Virus record (IMG/VR): IMGVR_UViG_3300042988_001200
DNA: 64,000 bases
Reading direction: 5' to 3' (one strand)
Source: a virus
Taxonomy: Duplodnaviria; Caudoviricetes
Part shown: positions 39,901 through 47,946 of the stretch, piece by piece
Position numbering within the stretch: the first letter of the stretch is position 1
Layout: every line of letters begins with the position of its first letter
Notes under the pieces: generated by a model
The model's input: the letters and a program-made list of their open reading frames with translations, nothing else
Database searches by the model: none
What the model was told of the DNA's origin: nothing
Position numbers and translations under genes: made by a program

Positions 39901-42900
39901 TTCTCCTGATCAATCTAAGGTTAGAGCTTCAATGGGTAAGATGCAGGCTGTATTCAGGTCTTCTCTAGCAGATATATTTAGGTTAATAACAGGTAGAGAT
40001 AAGAAGCTAATGAGTCCTAACCAACTTAATAATGTCTTTAGGTCAGCATCTGAGTATACAGGTATAGACTATAAAGTTCAATATGAGAAGTTATTAAAGA
40101 CTAGACCAGACCTTATTAATTCTATTAATAGTAGTATTAATGGTTTCTCTCAATTAATGGTATTTGATAGCCCTAATGCTTTTATATCTATAGGGGTTAT
40201 AGGAGGAGCATTTAGAAGAAGTGAGTATGGTAACATCTTAACTCCTTATATTCAGATTCAAGGTACAGGGGCTGATATAAGTACAGCTTCCTACCAAATG
40301 GTCTCTAGGTTCTATTTCAACTCTGTTATAGGTGGAGCTAATAATCTCTACTTTGATATTATGAATGCTGTAAAGATAAGTAATCAGGCATTAAAAGCTG
40401 GTCAACCTATGTCTAAATTTATATCTAGACAGATAGCTATTAACCTTCTTAGTGTTACAGCTAAACAACAACCTCTACAGAAGAGGAGGAAGGTCTCTAT
40501 GTTAAATGAAGAGACTATATCAGCCCTATCTTCTGATAGCCTTCTAGGAGCCATATTAAAACATAGGGTTAATATTACTAAGAACCTTAGCTATCAACCA
40601 CCCCTCTCTTTAGCTACTAGACTTTTATTAAATAATGTAGAGACTAATCCTCAAATAGCTAATCCTGTACTTCTATATTTACTTTCTCCTGATACTTTAA
40701 AGGAACTAGGTTTAAATATTGACTCTACTGTATTTGAGTTGTTATCTAAGGACCCCTTCTTCTTATTATCTAAGTCCTTTGTTATTAATGGTATTAACTC
40801 TTTTGCTCTTAATAGAGATGCTGTAGGTAATTACCTTAAAGGTATATTCTTCCCAGCTCAGATACCTATGGACCATCAAGATATATGGAAGGGTGGGGAT
40901 TCCTCCTATATCTCCTCCTATTATCAACATGAAGGAGACATAGGCTTTGCTATTATGCAGGCTAGTAGAACCAATCCTATCCTTCAATTATTAGGTAATT
41001 TAACTAGAGGAGTTCCTAGTTCTATTAAGGCCCTAGGAGCTGGAGTCATATTTGCTTCTTTATTAGGGGTTATAACCTTTAATCTAGGGAGAAAGGGTCT
41101 AGCTATAGAAGATAGAGCTTTATATAAGGAGATAAATGAATACTTTCTATCTGGATGGTTTAAACAAAGTAGAGAGGCAGAGGGGTTTGCATGGACCTTT
41201 AGAACCTCTTATCCCTTAGTAGGTAAGAAGGCTAGTCTAAAGGTTAGTGGAGAGAACTATTCTATTATCTATAAGGGGGCATACCAGTTTGTTATTAATA
41301 ATAGGATAGGTAATAGTGTAGGTATAAGTAGACTATTAGCTAAAGTACAGGAGGACCTGTATGGAATAATTACTGAATCCTTTGGGGCTGAATATGATGA
41401 TAAAGGGGTGATGACTAAGAAAGGTACTAATCTAGCAGACTGGTTTTTATCTAGTAATAAACAAAAGGAGTTAATCCAGGCCATTGAGTCTATAGATAAA
41501 CCTACTAAGGCTGATTCTTTAACCATCACTCATTTAGATGAGAATGGTAACTCTACGGATAAAGTCTTTACAGTAGAAACAGATAAACCTATACTAGATA
41601 ATCTTAATAACCTTAAACACTTTGAGGATTCATTAGGAGAATTAGATGAGGCTCAGTCCGCTCTATTAATTGAGTTTAGAAGTAAACAGACATCATTATA
41701 TGAGAAATCACTTAGACCCTCTACTTTAGTAAAGAATATAACAGATGTTTTTATGAAGGATATGGAAGATTTAGTAGATAGATACATAGACACCCTTATT
41801 GATAATAGGATAAGAGTTAATGAGAACTATCTATTAAATTTACCTCAATTAGATAATGAAACTAAATCTATAAGTGAAATATTTGATTCATATCAAGACC
41901 CTAATAGTAGATATAAGGGGATAGTTAAATATGTAGATTCCTTTGGAGATGTAACTAGATGGACAGAAGTATCCTTTATAACTATACTTAACCCTAATAT
42001 GGGACTACAGGATATGATGGAAATTAGTTATCTATTAAAGAATAAGGATACAAGACCCGAGGGTTTAACTAGATTAGTAGCTGGAATGAGTGCAGAACAA
42101 AAAGCTCTTTATACTGTAAATATAGATGGGAAGGCTACTGTAGATATCCATAAGGCCCTTAAAGAACAAGCTAGGGTGGCCATTAGTGATGCTGTGGAGC
42201 AGTATATATCCCAGTTCCCAGGGTCAACAGAGGAAGCAAAGAAGGCTCTTCTAAAGCATTTCCAAGGTACTAATCCTAGACTAGATAATATGACTATAGA
42301 AGTTCTAGGGGGTTTAATTGGATTAAAGAAGGATAAAGATGCTTCCTTCTTTTCTTTACTTAGACATCATTGGGCTGGATTAGGAACTACACCTACTGCT
42401 GATGTAACTAGAGGTCTCTCTACAACTATGAGACGTATGGTTAATTTTATTAGAGGTAAATCTTCTATACCAGATGCTGATGAGACAGGGGTAGTATCTA
42501 CTACTAAGACAGACCCTTATCTAATCGGTAAGTCTAATAATAGTCCTATACCTATGGGGATAATGACTGAATCAGGAGATGAGGTTATTAATAGAGTTCT
42601 AGTAGCTCAAGATATGGCTAGAGCTGATGTAGGATTTGGTAATAAGATAGGTAAGGGCTTTGGTATATTACTAGAGTTCTTAGGCTTTGGAGTAGATGTA
42701 GTAGAGGGTGTATCTACTATGGCCGCCTTCTCTAGATTAGGTCATGCTTATACATCTGAGACATATACAGAAGCTCAGATTATGAATGAGGCTATGTACG
42801 CTGGTACTACCCTAGTTAACTCTGCTTTATCTATACTTATTCTAGGAGCTGCTTCTTATGCAGCTAATGTATTTGCAGCAGGGACTTTAGCTGCTTTTAT

Positions 42901-44143
42901 AGCTCCATTGGTTATTATAGGTGTAGCTTCATTAGCAGGCTTTGCCTTTAATAAATGGGCTCCAGACTCTATTAAGAGTAAAGTTCATGGAGGGTTTAAT
43001 AAACTATATGAAGGGGCAGCTAAGATGCTTAAAGGTGGTGGAGATTTCTTTAGAGATAAGTTTGGTAAAAGAGCTGCATCAGCATTCTCTCATGCTGTAG
43101 GTGGCATAATGATGGGGGGAATGATAGTAGCATCTCTAGGTACTATCTCATCTATCAGTGCTTTAGTAGGGTTAGGTACAGCTATATCTATGCCTGCTCT
43201 AGGCAGCTTCTTATTAGCAGGGGCAGCTATAGGTGGTGTAACAGCAGCAGCTATAGGGTTTCTTAATCCTGGTTTATTAGATAAAACTCTAGGTCCTATG
43301 GTAGAGTCCTTAAGTAATGTAAGGATAGGTAATGTTCCTTTAGGACGTTTATTTGTTATAAGACCAGACCAGTGGTTATATGAGTTTATGAAGACAGGAG
43401 ACCCTATAACTGGAGTAGATAAATATGGAGCTCCTATTAAAGCTATAACTGCTAATGATTTAATTAAACAAGATTATGCTGCTCAATTACTAGCTGCTGA
43501 TGATTATACCGGCTCTAGTGCTGCTTCTTTATTTATCCACCAAGGGATGTATGGAACTTATAACACTAATAACTCAATAGATAAATATGGAAAGGTAAGT
43601 ATAATAAGGCCCCCTTCTATACTTTCTCCCTTTATTCAAAAGGAGATTAAATATAGAGGTCAACTCTTTAATCAATCTATTGTAGGTAGATATGTATGGA
43701 ATACTCTACTAGCTAATAGTTCTAACCAAAGGCATGTAAGAAAGGTTATGGAATCTCCTATACTTAAACCCTCTACTAATGCTCTTAAACAAATAAGTAT
43801 TGATGCAGCTAGACATGCACAAGTAAAACAGTTCCAATCTAAGTCTGTGACCTTATTATCTAAGTCCTTTACTATCAGAAATATACCTATACTAGCCTCT
43901 ATAATTGATAAGTTTAATGATGCTAAAGCTAAGTTACAGGCTAAGATAGCTTACGCTAAATTACCCATCAGGGCTATATTTAGATTAGATAATATAACAA
44001 GTTCTGATAGAGAATATAAAAAGGATTTAAGATTAGCTCCAATGGAAGTAGCAGCTATTGTAGATGGTAATATTATAAGGAAGGTTACAACCTCTGAATC
44101 AGAGATTAAAGAGGAAGTTTTTAATAATATTAATTACAGTTAA
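30971..44143 (+). CDS. Giant (4390 aa) tape-measure/ejection-like protein with glycine-rich hydrophobic segments and a phospholipase D-superfamily module
   Basis: Pro/Ser/Thr linker (about aa 105-250) and many G-x3-G hydrophobic segments. PLD motifs: HSKTLWSREEVFISTGNL (His codon 34313) and HAKLLADDVKTFITSHNL (His codon 34838), plus ILEFIQSAKGDLWISAPYL. Confidence 0.75.
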   Translation: MSSSSLDRSLNSRYNEESSLSKALRDPVSIALAGTAAMGGVLGSINFFNKVRDDYYHPFTSFLRDRLNADITLEVPYDYYDEPSASRSENTTRKTNNLTEIDLTPTPSSSGDVPETNIFIRINNWMTERRQERMNQRYGSSNPAPNTSSTPSRPTSNTNTPAPKPSIPQPITPPPTNPSYSIPDPWLDTSTSNTPPTRPSIVPASVNSPSTPVNKTVLPSNSGVSINPPSISRAAPSVQVNNVIPNKRPLNLNSLPPSNKVMGSIGIAALSYIGLGVLLRGPDYLSYTSSGFTSFLGGLTTNNPYKDVILPGGHRVIPSLSNRTLMSNSRSDTFIDGYKVMDISIPSGADSKNKSIETNYLPEVLAATIGISFGVGVDVGMSKLSKSMANRSNTFRHVFDRDRTGTFSKNFSPLLLGAIAGAAISDNSIEDKVQGTYLGAMGGGFIGFLGMKEEIGPMLNKRLGLGLMGGALGLLIGSKISASKESNKVTSYSINKGGELRVTYDNLQELIKEDKATLPYDFYKHPEANKLVEAYLISNQRGFRGIEDTGNYADRHLIYQVNKDKHGYNTQIGKLNIKLDITVPSYSKEEGFIRVSQEEVRKKYSIKDTDSIDRANGLFNAYQIGLFIPSMTFFTIGTIAEVKNKPGVKKIVDFITNYTDKVKYLWPGERAIGEGIQEIGQGSTAFLTRGYSRGLNRGIRKLGEGIKYKVIGESLSLAKKTFIYAIPVSIISSMFGNIDRDNNQNIEVYSKEVSHYEAIETIMPKATGNKNIDSRVNLQTYMEEGTAYKLGDVIIYDSGTIGQGLRNFLETAPDKSVKALLYKLGHEQGLQEVISRKAAIGGIGISGGDNIDTFSFWDEIGKGFQGEGSWAQVFSYPLRASKHESLGAGIASITSPIVGGLYNNLATNLGFDPIYNYKFDKDVYSPLAHSLNTLTYGGLGAAIGIGIHSYVGGAGRIPMRGKGRFVGGLIGGLIGVALGATQPTYIDSGFYDSLSKQTQLSFGVFKESSAHKALTKKDSSIGDLVLGAGLTAGLPALVGVALPMKGRVNRGIFLGIVGYTTGMIISTMTGNGVLPSTLPMSRRFLTNEYDLSNQTFSVLPGARRGSGKQQLSHIHSKTLWSREEVFISTGNLDSVWKNIYGDESQFNIAVRVKGDTAKKLIPQLDILHEFMKKATPDSNLSSIVDQIPDLILGGQGSKSNEKILEFIQSAKGDLWISAPYLAGLSRDVRPLVEAIKALEAKGQNVHLIAQNPRGVSAGGQPEMSIALQRELLASGIDVYTTPYTNTTLTHAKLLADDVKTFITSHNLFSGNSMNKVVEVGIVLEGEEYAKATKQAALRFMIKNNFSNIKDSPQFSPEVSKGFRGVERVKALDINPQFAGLFDHHSGYLLLNSQMGASFFYSRALYNNLQRQAGFYHRIIDEEFGPATSLFKIAYLAHINKNTNTPLSTDLSYIPYFVSQYDKELQTQGVGGVFNEFVSMRLGMGRMYKDEYGFIGSIAGSIGAILDRTYLFFQGGNIVGVHSNYDDVDNKDMKYKNRMFQEGTFEALFTYLAVTAESAVASIALYISLGEPINLLIGEGFKTSTENFIRDAIKEEDFLSPSSRLKRASNLGLYDSQSSIQARLSLFSSITSGEEYFSVSNFKLTPYHVSNFFLRERSYHLQREVLEPFLLEKINPYERFERSQQGFRAVINKFIEEIRTPPEIRLVASESNLETISKLVKQQKEISEHLSSIGVNKKLVDVIISEAIGYKEVRSQLASALNLDPNASLDEIVNTLKGFNSSSYLDGVLPSIQTRNKLGTYTYTEEGKLISGVNLEIGNVGVERATRIARAVQDILDEIPLNPIHWKVFNSNSVASLLGVKEGGYQRVVNRTNFTVISKVATIGDILSFTDLTQTMSEIMFGKGGISAFIAANEIYSTEIDKSIARHSVDRIHTIWNMTAGAAYRASSRAWSRYKLVMGLPFQTGLMKASESLKAMEFNLFNKIGDDGLRGITWGDDAAIISKRIEDLTKEAKAIWEQSIQSGEYERISKYVSSLDQRGFIAEYIAEQLQPHVDPLARRINYIDESVVSALHQVDEVHQALSNNPRMAGTFLMEMQEHLRKETMDMFVTATMSGSNLQKRLIKLRPGDPYGLASKKKMASVAMSLLGIGTIFLEQLFTNTQGVSIFTQVATALTFSRYSDKESGVSTTFTNSAFLPGSGVSRYITNIGVNIGVLGLSHIIGSSILRAQALDYTFDNDLLYRHIDETRGASINIRLKHLDANGDEVIELVSDLIDDWKTEGVESGADLIKRLKGLVNEGYSLQYAVTKGASTKYLSAFVEGKYLKTRAIRFVGNTWFNTAVTYAVLTMAIKGVKGGIASTLNTLRDTTGTIDPILFGGIGMGIGAIKGGFRGGLAGLAVGVFSSFIMNSLGVKLLNIGGKGVKVDNLETGILSELSNFRHYVMANLGDASRAELMAALWSRNMESAYSILYKEPSGTTSNVLAKQITFPVFQFFFTSKVIGEQINNEGIITNPGQIYYSTGIQGPPISGISFSFGLPFKIVKGKGVFGTGIAYNEEANVMDYIHSVSYTSLYLGANSLALGTLYKVSNSLKSKSAIKEVGVLEMLAKMSKGTAQLVDDVLMTPVEFGYRVVTSLATVDIRNAFSVAYKEQDKAAQLGTLRKPVGGIGALALKTLLGLYIGGQIGSLYQGIVSKDTIEYQDKVSSAIDVGALIGGGLAVGHHFIYPKIYPHIQGKLFKYNSLPRLPRYIPALAIGIGVGTLMANSSYGLSSGMDFHEDELSFTKYAITAVGYGTVLGTVAYKVGNIGLTMADTLQKYVDLDSRLEMATVKSTTGSGLNRMVNKAKKFYYSLFIDNAQKEAQMVVDTIKHNQQEIDVRYNQVKGVKGETVADTLPDGYARKAVELIDNNTDVKFLIHSSENKEILNNINKAKGSFLESRFHKRIFPHRVKRTVGGMIALGIGLSILMGGNEGQFYDYIEGASPDQSKVRASMGKMQAVFRSSLADIFRLITGRDKKLMSPNQLNNVFRSASEYTGIDYKVQYEKLLKTRPDLINSINSSINGFSQLMVFDSPNAFISIGVIGGAFRRSEYGNILTPYIQIQGTGADISTASYQMVSRFYFNSVIGGANNLYFDIMNAVKISNQALKAGQPMSKFISRQIAINLLSVTAKQQPLQKRRKVSMLNEETISALSSDSLLGAILKHRVNITKNLSYQPPLSLATRLLLNNVETNPQIANPVLLYLLSPDTLKELGLNIDSTVFELLSKDPFFLLSKSFVINGINSFALNRDAVGNYLKGIFFPAQIPMDHQDIWKGGDSSYISSYYQHEGDIGFAIMQASRTNPILQLLGNLTRGVPSSIKALGAGVIFASLLGVITFNLGRKGLAIEDRALYKEINEYFLSGWFKQSREAEGFAWTFRTSYPLVGKKASLKVSGENYSIIYKGAYQFVINNRIGNSVGISRLLAKVQEDLYGIITESFGAEYDDKGVMTKKGTNLADWFLSSNKQKELIQAIESIDKPTKADSLTITHLDENGNSTDKVFTVETDKPILDNLNNLKHFEDSLGELDEAQSALLIEFRSKQTSLYEKSLRPSTLVKNITDVFMKDMEDLVDRYIDTLIDNRIRVNENYLLNLPQLDNETKSISEIFDSYQDPNSRYKGIVKYVDSFGDVTRWTEVSFITILNPNMGLQDMMEISYLLKNKDTRPEGLTRLVAGMSAEQKALYTVNIDGKATVDIHKALKEQARVAISDAVEQYISQFPGSTEEAKKALLKHFQGTNPRLDNMTIEVLGGLIGLKKDKDASFFSLLRHHWAGLGTTPTADVTRGLSTTMRRMVNFIRGKSSIPDADETGVVSTTKTDPYLIGKSNNSPIPMGIMTESGDEVINRVLVAQDMARADVGFGNKIGKGFGILLEFLGFGVDVVEGVSTMAAFSRLGHAYTSETYTEAQIMNEAMYAGTTLVNSALSILILGAASYAANVFAAGTLAAFIAPLVIIGVASLAGFAFNKWAPDSIKSKVHGGFNKLYEGAAKMLKGGGDFFRDKFGKRAASAFSHAVGGIMMGGMIVASLGTISSISALVGLGTAISMPALGSFLLAGAAIGGVTAAAIGFLNPGLLDKTLGPMVESLSNVRIGNVPLGRLFVIRPDQWLYEFMKTGDPITGVDKYGAPIKAITANDLIKQDYAAQLLAADDYTGSSAASLFIHQGMYGTYNTNNSIDKYGKVSIIRPPSILSPFIQKEIKYRGQLFNQSIVGRYVWNTLLANSSNQRHVRKVMESPILKPSTNALKQISIDAARHAQVKQFQSKSVTLLSKSFTIRNIPILASIIDKFNDAKAKLQAKIAYAKLPIRAIFRLDNITSSDREYKKDLRLAPMEVAAIVDGNIIRKVTTSESEIKEEVFNNINYS

Positions 44144-44148
44144 TTTAT

Positions 44149-44841
44149 ATGAATGAAGAATTAAAAACTCTTTTAATTGGTTTAAATAAATCAATAGAGA
44201 ATATAGAAGAGGCTATAGAGTTTAAGAATAGTAAAGAAAGAATCATAGAAGAACTAGAGGTTATGAGAGGTTTAGTAGAGGTAATAGATAATAATAATTC
44301 CTCTATTGTCCCTTTATCTGTATCTAATAAAGTAGACTCTTATAATCTAGGAGCTATGGTAGTTAATATGGCTAATAGTGGATTTACTCATATGGATATA
44401 GCTGAAGAATGCTCTAAGGAATGTGGTGTAGATTTTAATATTAGAGAAGTGAGTGATTGGTTAAATAACTATGTCTCTCTAAGTAGTAGTAAAAAAAGTA
44501 AGGTTCTTAGAGGTTCTGTATTTGATTCTAGAAATAGATTAGAGGAACTATCTTTACTTCTTTATTCTCTATTAGATACTATTAATGAAAAGGATGATAG
44601 TTTATTTAAATATAATAAGATTACTAAAGAAGAGGTCTACCTACAAGTAATAAAAGAGATAAGACAGCTTACTAAACAAGCAACAGACCTAATAGAAAAA
44701 ATAGATGATAGGTCTAGGATACAAGAGTTTCAGAATACAGTTATTGAGTGTTTACAAAGAGAGGCTCCATTAGTAGCTTCTAAGGTTATTAAGAGTCTAA
44801 GAGAACAACAGACTATACAACAACTAGCAGGTCTTAAATAA
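44149..44841 (+). CDS. Helical protein with an HTH-like segment, candidate terminase small subunit
   Basis: GFTHMDIAEECSKECGVDFNIREVSDWL is HTH-like and is followed by coiled helices; no specific family match is certain. Confidence 0.35.
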   Translation: MNEELKTLLIGLNKSIENIEEAIEFKNSKERIIEELEVMRGLVEVIDNNNSSIVPLSVSNKVDSYNLGAMVVNMANSGFTHMDIAEECSKECGVDFNIREVSDWLNNYVSLSSSKKSKVLRGSVFDSRNRLEELSLLLYSLLDTINEKDDSLFKYNKITKEEVYLQVIKEIRQLTKQATDLIEKIDDRSRIQEFQNTVIECLQREAPLVASKVIKSLREQQTIQQLAGLK

Positions 44842-44857
44842 ATTAATATACTTAAAT

Positions 44858-45217
44858 ATGTCAAAAGCTCATAAAGGAAGAGAAACTGTTTATGTATATC
44901 TAGCTCATAATTTTCCTTGGAAAGAAAGTCTAGTTCTAGATGGTGAAGTTTATGTATATGAAGAGGTTCTAGAAGCTATATCTAAATTAAAAAGGAATGA
45001 CCCCCTCTCTCATAAAATACTGGCTTATAGATGGTTGACTACTAGAACTAGAGCAGATATATCTGCTGGCTTATTTATGGATAGTTCCACTCTTAAGAGA
45101 ATGTGGGACTATGCTATTGATATATTAGTTAATTATCTTAGACATAAACATAATAGAGAAGGGAATATAGCCCCTTTACTAGAACCTATTGACCTTATAT
45201 ATAAGATTAAGAGCTAA
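44858..45217 (+). CDS. HTH transcriptional regulator (sigma70 region 4/ArpU/RinA-like)
   Basis: KILAYRWLTTRTRADISAGLFMDSSTLKRMWDYAIDIL fits the region-4-type helix-turn-helix pattern. Confidence 0.6.
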   Translation: MSKAHKGRETVYVYLAHNFPWKESLVLDGEVYVYEEVLEAISKLKRNDPLSHKILAYRWLTTRTRADISAGLFMDSSTLKRMWDYAIDILVNYLRHKHNREGNIAPLLEPIDLIYKIKS

Positions 45218-46271
45218 AGGTAAAAGAGGAACTAATATCTCCCCAACATAACTTTAAATAAGGACAAGGAGCTCCATACATTGATAAACAAGGACTATAG
45301 GGCTCTGGAGTATGTTTATAAAATAACTCCTGTTCTATTATTTTATGGTTATCAAATAGGCATTTAACTATCTGTTTAATATGATTATCTGAAGGAGTCT
45401 TTATAACTACTAGATTCCCAGAGCTTAGATTATTTATTCCTATATAACCTACATCCTCTTTATTTAACTTCTTATATGCCCAGGCATAGGCACATAGTTG
45501 TACATTATGATAAACATCCTGTTGAGTAAAGTCCTTACTACTAGTTTTATGGTCTATAATTACTACCTTATTATCCTTGTCTCTACCTATTAAATCTATA
45601 TAACCCATAAAATAGATATCTCCTTTTTTTCTATAACTATTAGGTAAGAGTAAAGGATTAACTATTTCATTACCATCTCTACTAGAGATTGGATACTCTA
45701 TGGCTTCTATAGTTTTAATAATACTAGGGTGTTTATACCTTTTAACTATTTGATATCCCTCTATATAAGCATCTACTATAGTCTTATCTTTTTTAGAGGT
45801 AGGAGGAAAACATTGGTCTAATGTATATTTATATGTCTCTAAACCTAAATCTTTATATAACTTCTTCCACTTGGAAGTTAACTCTGGATGCCTAGTTATA
45901 TCTCCATTCTGCTTTCTTATAGAGTCCTCTTCATTATATTCAATAGAGGCTTTAATGTATAACTGCTCCACTTCTTCTAGATAAGAATTTAATAACTCAT
46001 AGTTATAGTTCTTTAGTTTATAACTATCTAGTACCTCTTTCCCAGTCTGATGGTAATAATCTAAAGGTTTAAACCTCTTAGAGTATTCACTATAAGCTAA
46101 CTCTAGACAATTATGTACCAGTGTTCCTACTAAGGCCCCATAACTTATACTCTCCTCTACAACTACTTTTTCTACGTATTTCTTCTTATAATATTCCCCA
46201 CATAGAGATAATGTCTTTAATTTACTTACACTATAATGCTTAAAATCATTAGGTATATTTATCCTATTCAT
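45207..46271 (-). CDS. PD-(D/E)xK exonuclease, RecB/Cas4-like, with probable Fe-S cysteines
   Basis: YSVSKLKTLSLC, GTLVHNCLE, MGYIDLI...IIDHKTS, QLCAYA and a C-terminal PC...CPYLKLC. Confidence 0.85.
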   Translation of the reverse strand: MNRINIPNDFKHYSVSKLKTLSLCGEYYKKKYVEKVVVEESISYGALVGTLVHNCLELAYSEYSKRFKPLDYYHQTGKEVLDSYKLKNYNYELLNSYLEEVEQLYIKASIEYNEEDSIRKQNGDITRHPELTSKWKKLYKDLGLETYKYTLDQCFPPTSKKDKTIVDAYIEGYQIVKRYKHPSIIKTIEAIEYPISSRDGNEIVNPLLLPNSYRKKGDIYFMGYIDLIGRDKDNKVVIIDHKTSSKDFTQQDVYHNVQLCAYAWAYKKLNKEDVGYIGINNLSSGNLVVIKTPSDNHIKQIVKCLFDNHKIIEQELFYKHTPEPYSPCLSMYGAPCPYLKLCWGDISSSFTFSS

Positions 46272-46326
46272 AATATAAATTTATATTTATTATTAATAAT
46301 ATAACAATAAATTTATATTATGAATA
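46265..46326 (-). promoter_or_regulatory. Perfect 20-bp inverted repeat covering the nuclease start codon
   Basis: TATTCATAATATAAATTTAT (46265-46284) and ATAAATTTATATTATGAATA (46307-46326) with a 22-nt spacer; the nuclease ATG (46271-46269) lies in one arm. Confidence 0.7.
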
Positions 46327-46331
46327 TAAGA

Positions 46332-46634
46332 TTAAGGTAGTTCTATAATAAAACCTTTAGGTAATTCTTTTAAACCTAGTTCCTTAGCTATAGCTTCTTT
46401 ATCTAGCCATTCATCTAACTCATTAGCATCATTATTTATATGTTTTTTAACTACATCAATAATATCTGGATGAATATAAAGACCCCACCAATAGGGTACA
46501 TCCATTAAGTAATCTTCTATAGCTATATATCTATATTCCTTTAGTAGTGTTTTTAAGGTGTTAGTAGCATAGAAGGCAGTGGCCTGAGCTTCATTTAATA
46601 GATAGCCCTGAGAGTAACTAGTAGGTTTAATCAT
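46332..46634 (-). CDS. Hypothetical protein
   Basis: 100 aa; 4-nt (ATGA-type) overlap with the upstream gene. Confidence 0.6.
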   Translation of the reverse strand: MIKPTSYSQGYLLNEAQATAFYATNTLKTLLKEYRYIAIEDYLMDVPYWWGLYIHPDIIDVVKKHINNDANELDEWLDKEAIAKELGLKELPKGFIIELP

Positions 46635-47110
46635 AAGTTATTCATATACCAAATATACATAGCAATAGAATCAGTTAATCCATCAAGTAGTCTCCCTCTC
46701 TTAGTAATAATATTAAGATTAGGGAACAATCTTTTACATAAAGAGGCAGCTTTTAGTTTAGTAGATTTATGTTTAGAAGTTAAACTAGAGAACTCTATAC
46801 TTATTTCCTCTTTCTTTATAATAGATTGCCATACTTGAGGTCTAACTATAATATAAGGAATAGATAAGGTTTCTAGAACTCCAATCCAATATCCATAAGA
46901 TTTAGCTATATTAAATGTACTTTTAACATGTTGTCCTATCCTACAGCTCTGTTCCTCTAATATAGCTTGTTTTATATTAAGCTCCTTTATCTTAAGGATT
47001 AGACTATTATCTTCAGGGGTAGGTAAGTAGTACATAACTTCTAATTTCTCGGAGTTTCCTAGGCAGATACCCCCTTTAAGTCCTACATCTATAGTTAATA
47101 TGTAACTCAT
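46631..47110 (-). CDS. ruvC: RuvC-like Holliday junction resolvase
   Basis: ILTIDVG, AILEEQ, F...YG.W.G.L..L.IP...V.PQ.WQ and DGLTDSIAM give the four-acidic-residue pattern. Confidence 0.8.
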   Translation of the reverse strand: MSYILTIDVGLKGGICLGNSEKLEVMYYLPTPEDNSLILKIKELNIKQAILEEQSCRIGQHVKSTFNIAKSYGYWIGVLETLSIPYIIVRPQVWQSIIKKEEISIEFSSLTSKHKSTKLKAASLCKRLFPNLNIITKRGRLLDGLTDSIAMYIWYMNNL

Positions 47111-47490
47111 TTCTTAATAAGAGTTTCTATATAAGTGATATCAAAGGTTTCTCTCATTACTTCCTCCCTTTTCTCTTGTAGTTTCTTTATATTTGATAGA
47201 GTTTTACTACTATTAGAGTTAAAAGATGTTTCTGTAATCTTATTAAAGAACTCTTTAATACTCTCATTAGAGTAGCATTTGGGTACTTCTTTATCAAAGA
47301 ATAGGCTTACTACTTTATTTAAATCTATTAAATAATCTTTGAATAGTATAATTTCTTCATATGTTTCTATATCAACTCTACATAATTTAAGATTAATTAA
47401 AAGGATTAAATCTCTTAAAGAGATGTCTTTAATCGTATTAAGAAGCTCTTTACCTTGTTCTCCCAGAAGGAATTGAGATGTAGTATTCAT
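47107..47490 (-). CDS. Hypothetical protein
   Basis: 127 aa with 4-nt overlaps on both sides. Confidence 0.6.
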   Translation of the reverse strand: MNTTSQFLLGEQGKELLNTIKDISLRDLILLINLKLCRVDIETYEEIILFKDYLIDLNKVVSLFFDKEVPKCYSNESIKEFFNKITETSFNSNSSKTLSNIKKLQEKREEVMRETFDITYIETLIKK

Positions 47491-47939
47491 ACTTGTATAG
47501 CTTTAGTTATTGAATAACAGCAGTAAGTCCAGTATCTATATATGAAGTTAGAGTAGTAAGAGTTTATGAAAGATTCAAAGGTTATTGGTAATATGTTATT
47601 TCTATAAGGGAATATCTCTACATTTTGGAAGTAGTAGAGTACAAATTCATGTTTATAGGATAATAACTCTATTTGTTTTATTAATATATCTTCTAGAGAA
47701 GATTTACTTATATGAGAATACTTTAGTAATCTAAATCTAATATAAGTATCTTTATCTTCTTTTAATAGACCTATTTCTTCATAGAACTTCTTATAAGTTT
47801 TTCTACTTGGAGTAATACTAGAGCTGTAGAGATTAGGTTTAGGTTTTTTAGTATTACCCCAACAAAGAAGATATGGTTGAATTAATTTATGAGTAGAAGG
47901 TATAAAGTCCCCGTATATAAATATAGGTTCTTCTTTCAT
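47487..47939 (-). CDS. Hypothetical protein
   Basis: 150 aa, immediately downstream of the primase gene. Confidence 0.55.
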   Translation of the reverse strand: MKEEPIFIYGDFIPSTHKLIQPYLLCWGNTKKPKPNLYSSSITPSRKTYKKFYEEIGLLKEDKDTYIRFRLLKYSHISKSSLEDILIKQIELLSYKHEFVLYYFQNVEIFPYRNNILPITFESFINSYYSNFIYRYWTYCCYSITKAIQV

Positions 47940-47946
47940 ATAGATA

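Noticed and set aside
31530-41529. Short ORFs nested in or antisense to the giant gene (31530, 32047, 37870, 38408, 40766, 41269)
   Set aside because: These are shadow ORFs within a much longer coherent CDS.
45207-46271. Cas4-like gene as evidence of a CRISPR-Cas system
   Set aside because: No repeat-spacer array or other cas genes were seen; stand-alone RecB/Cas4-like nucleases are common in phage replication modules.
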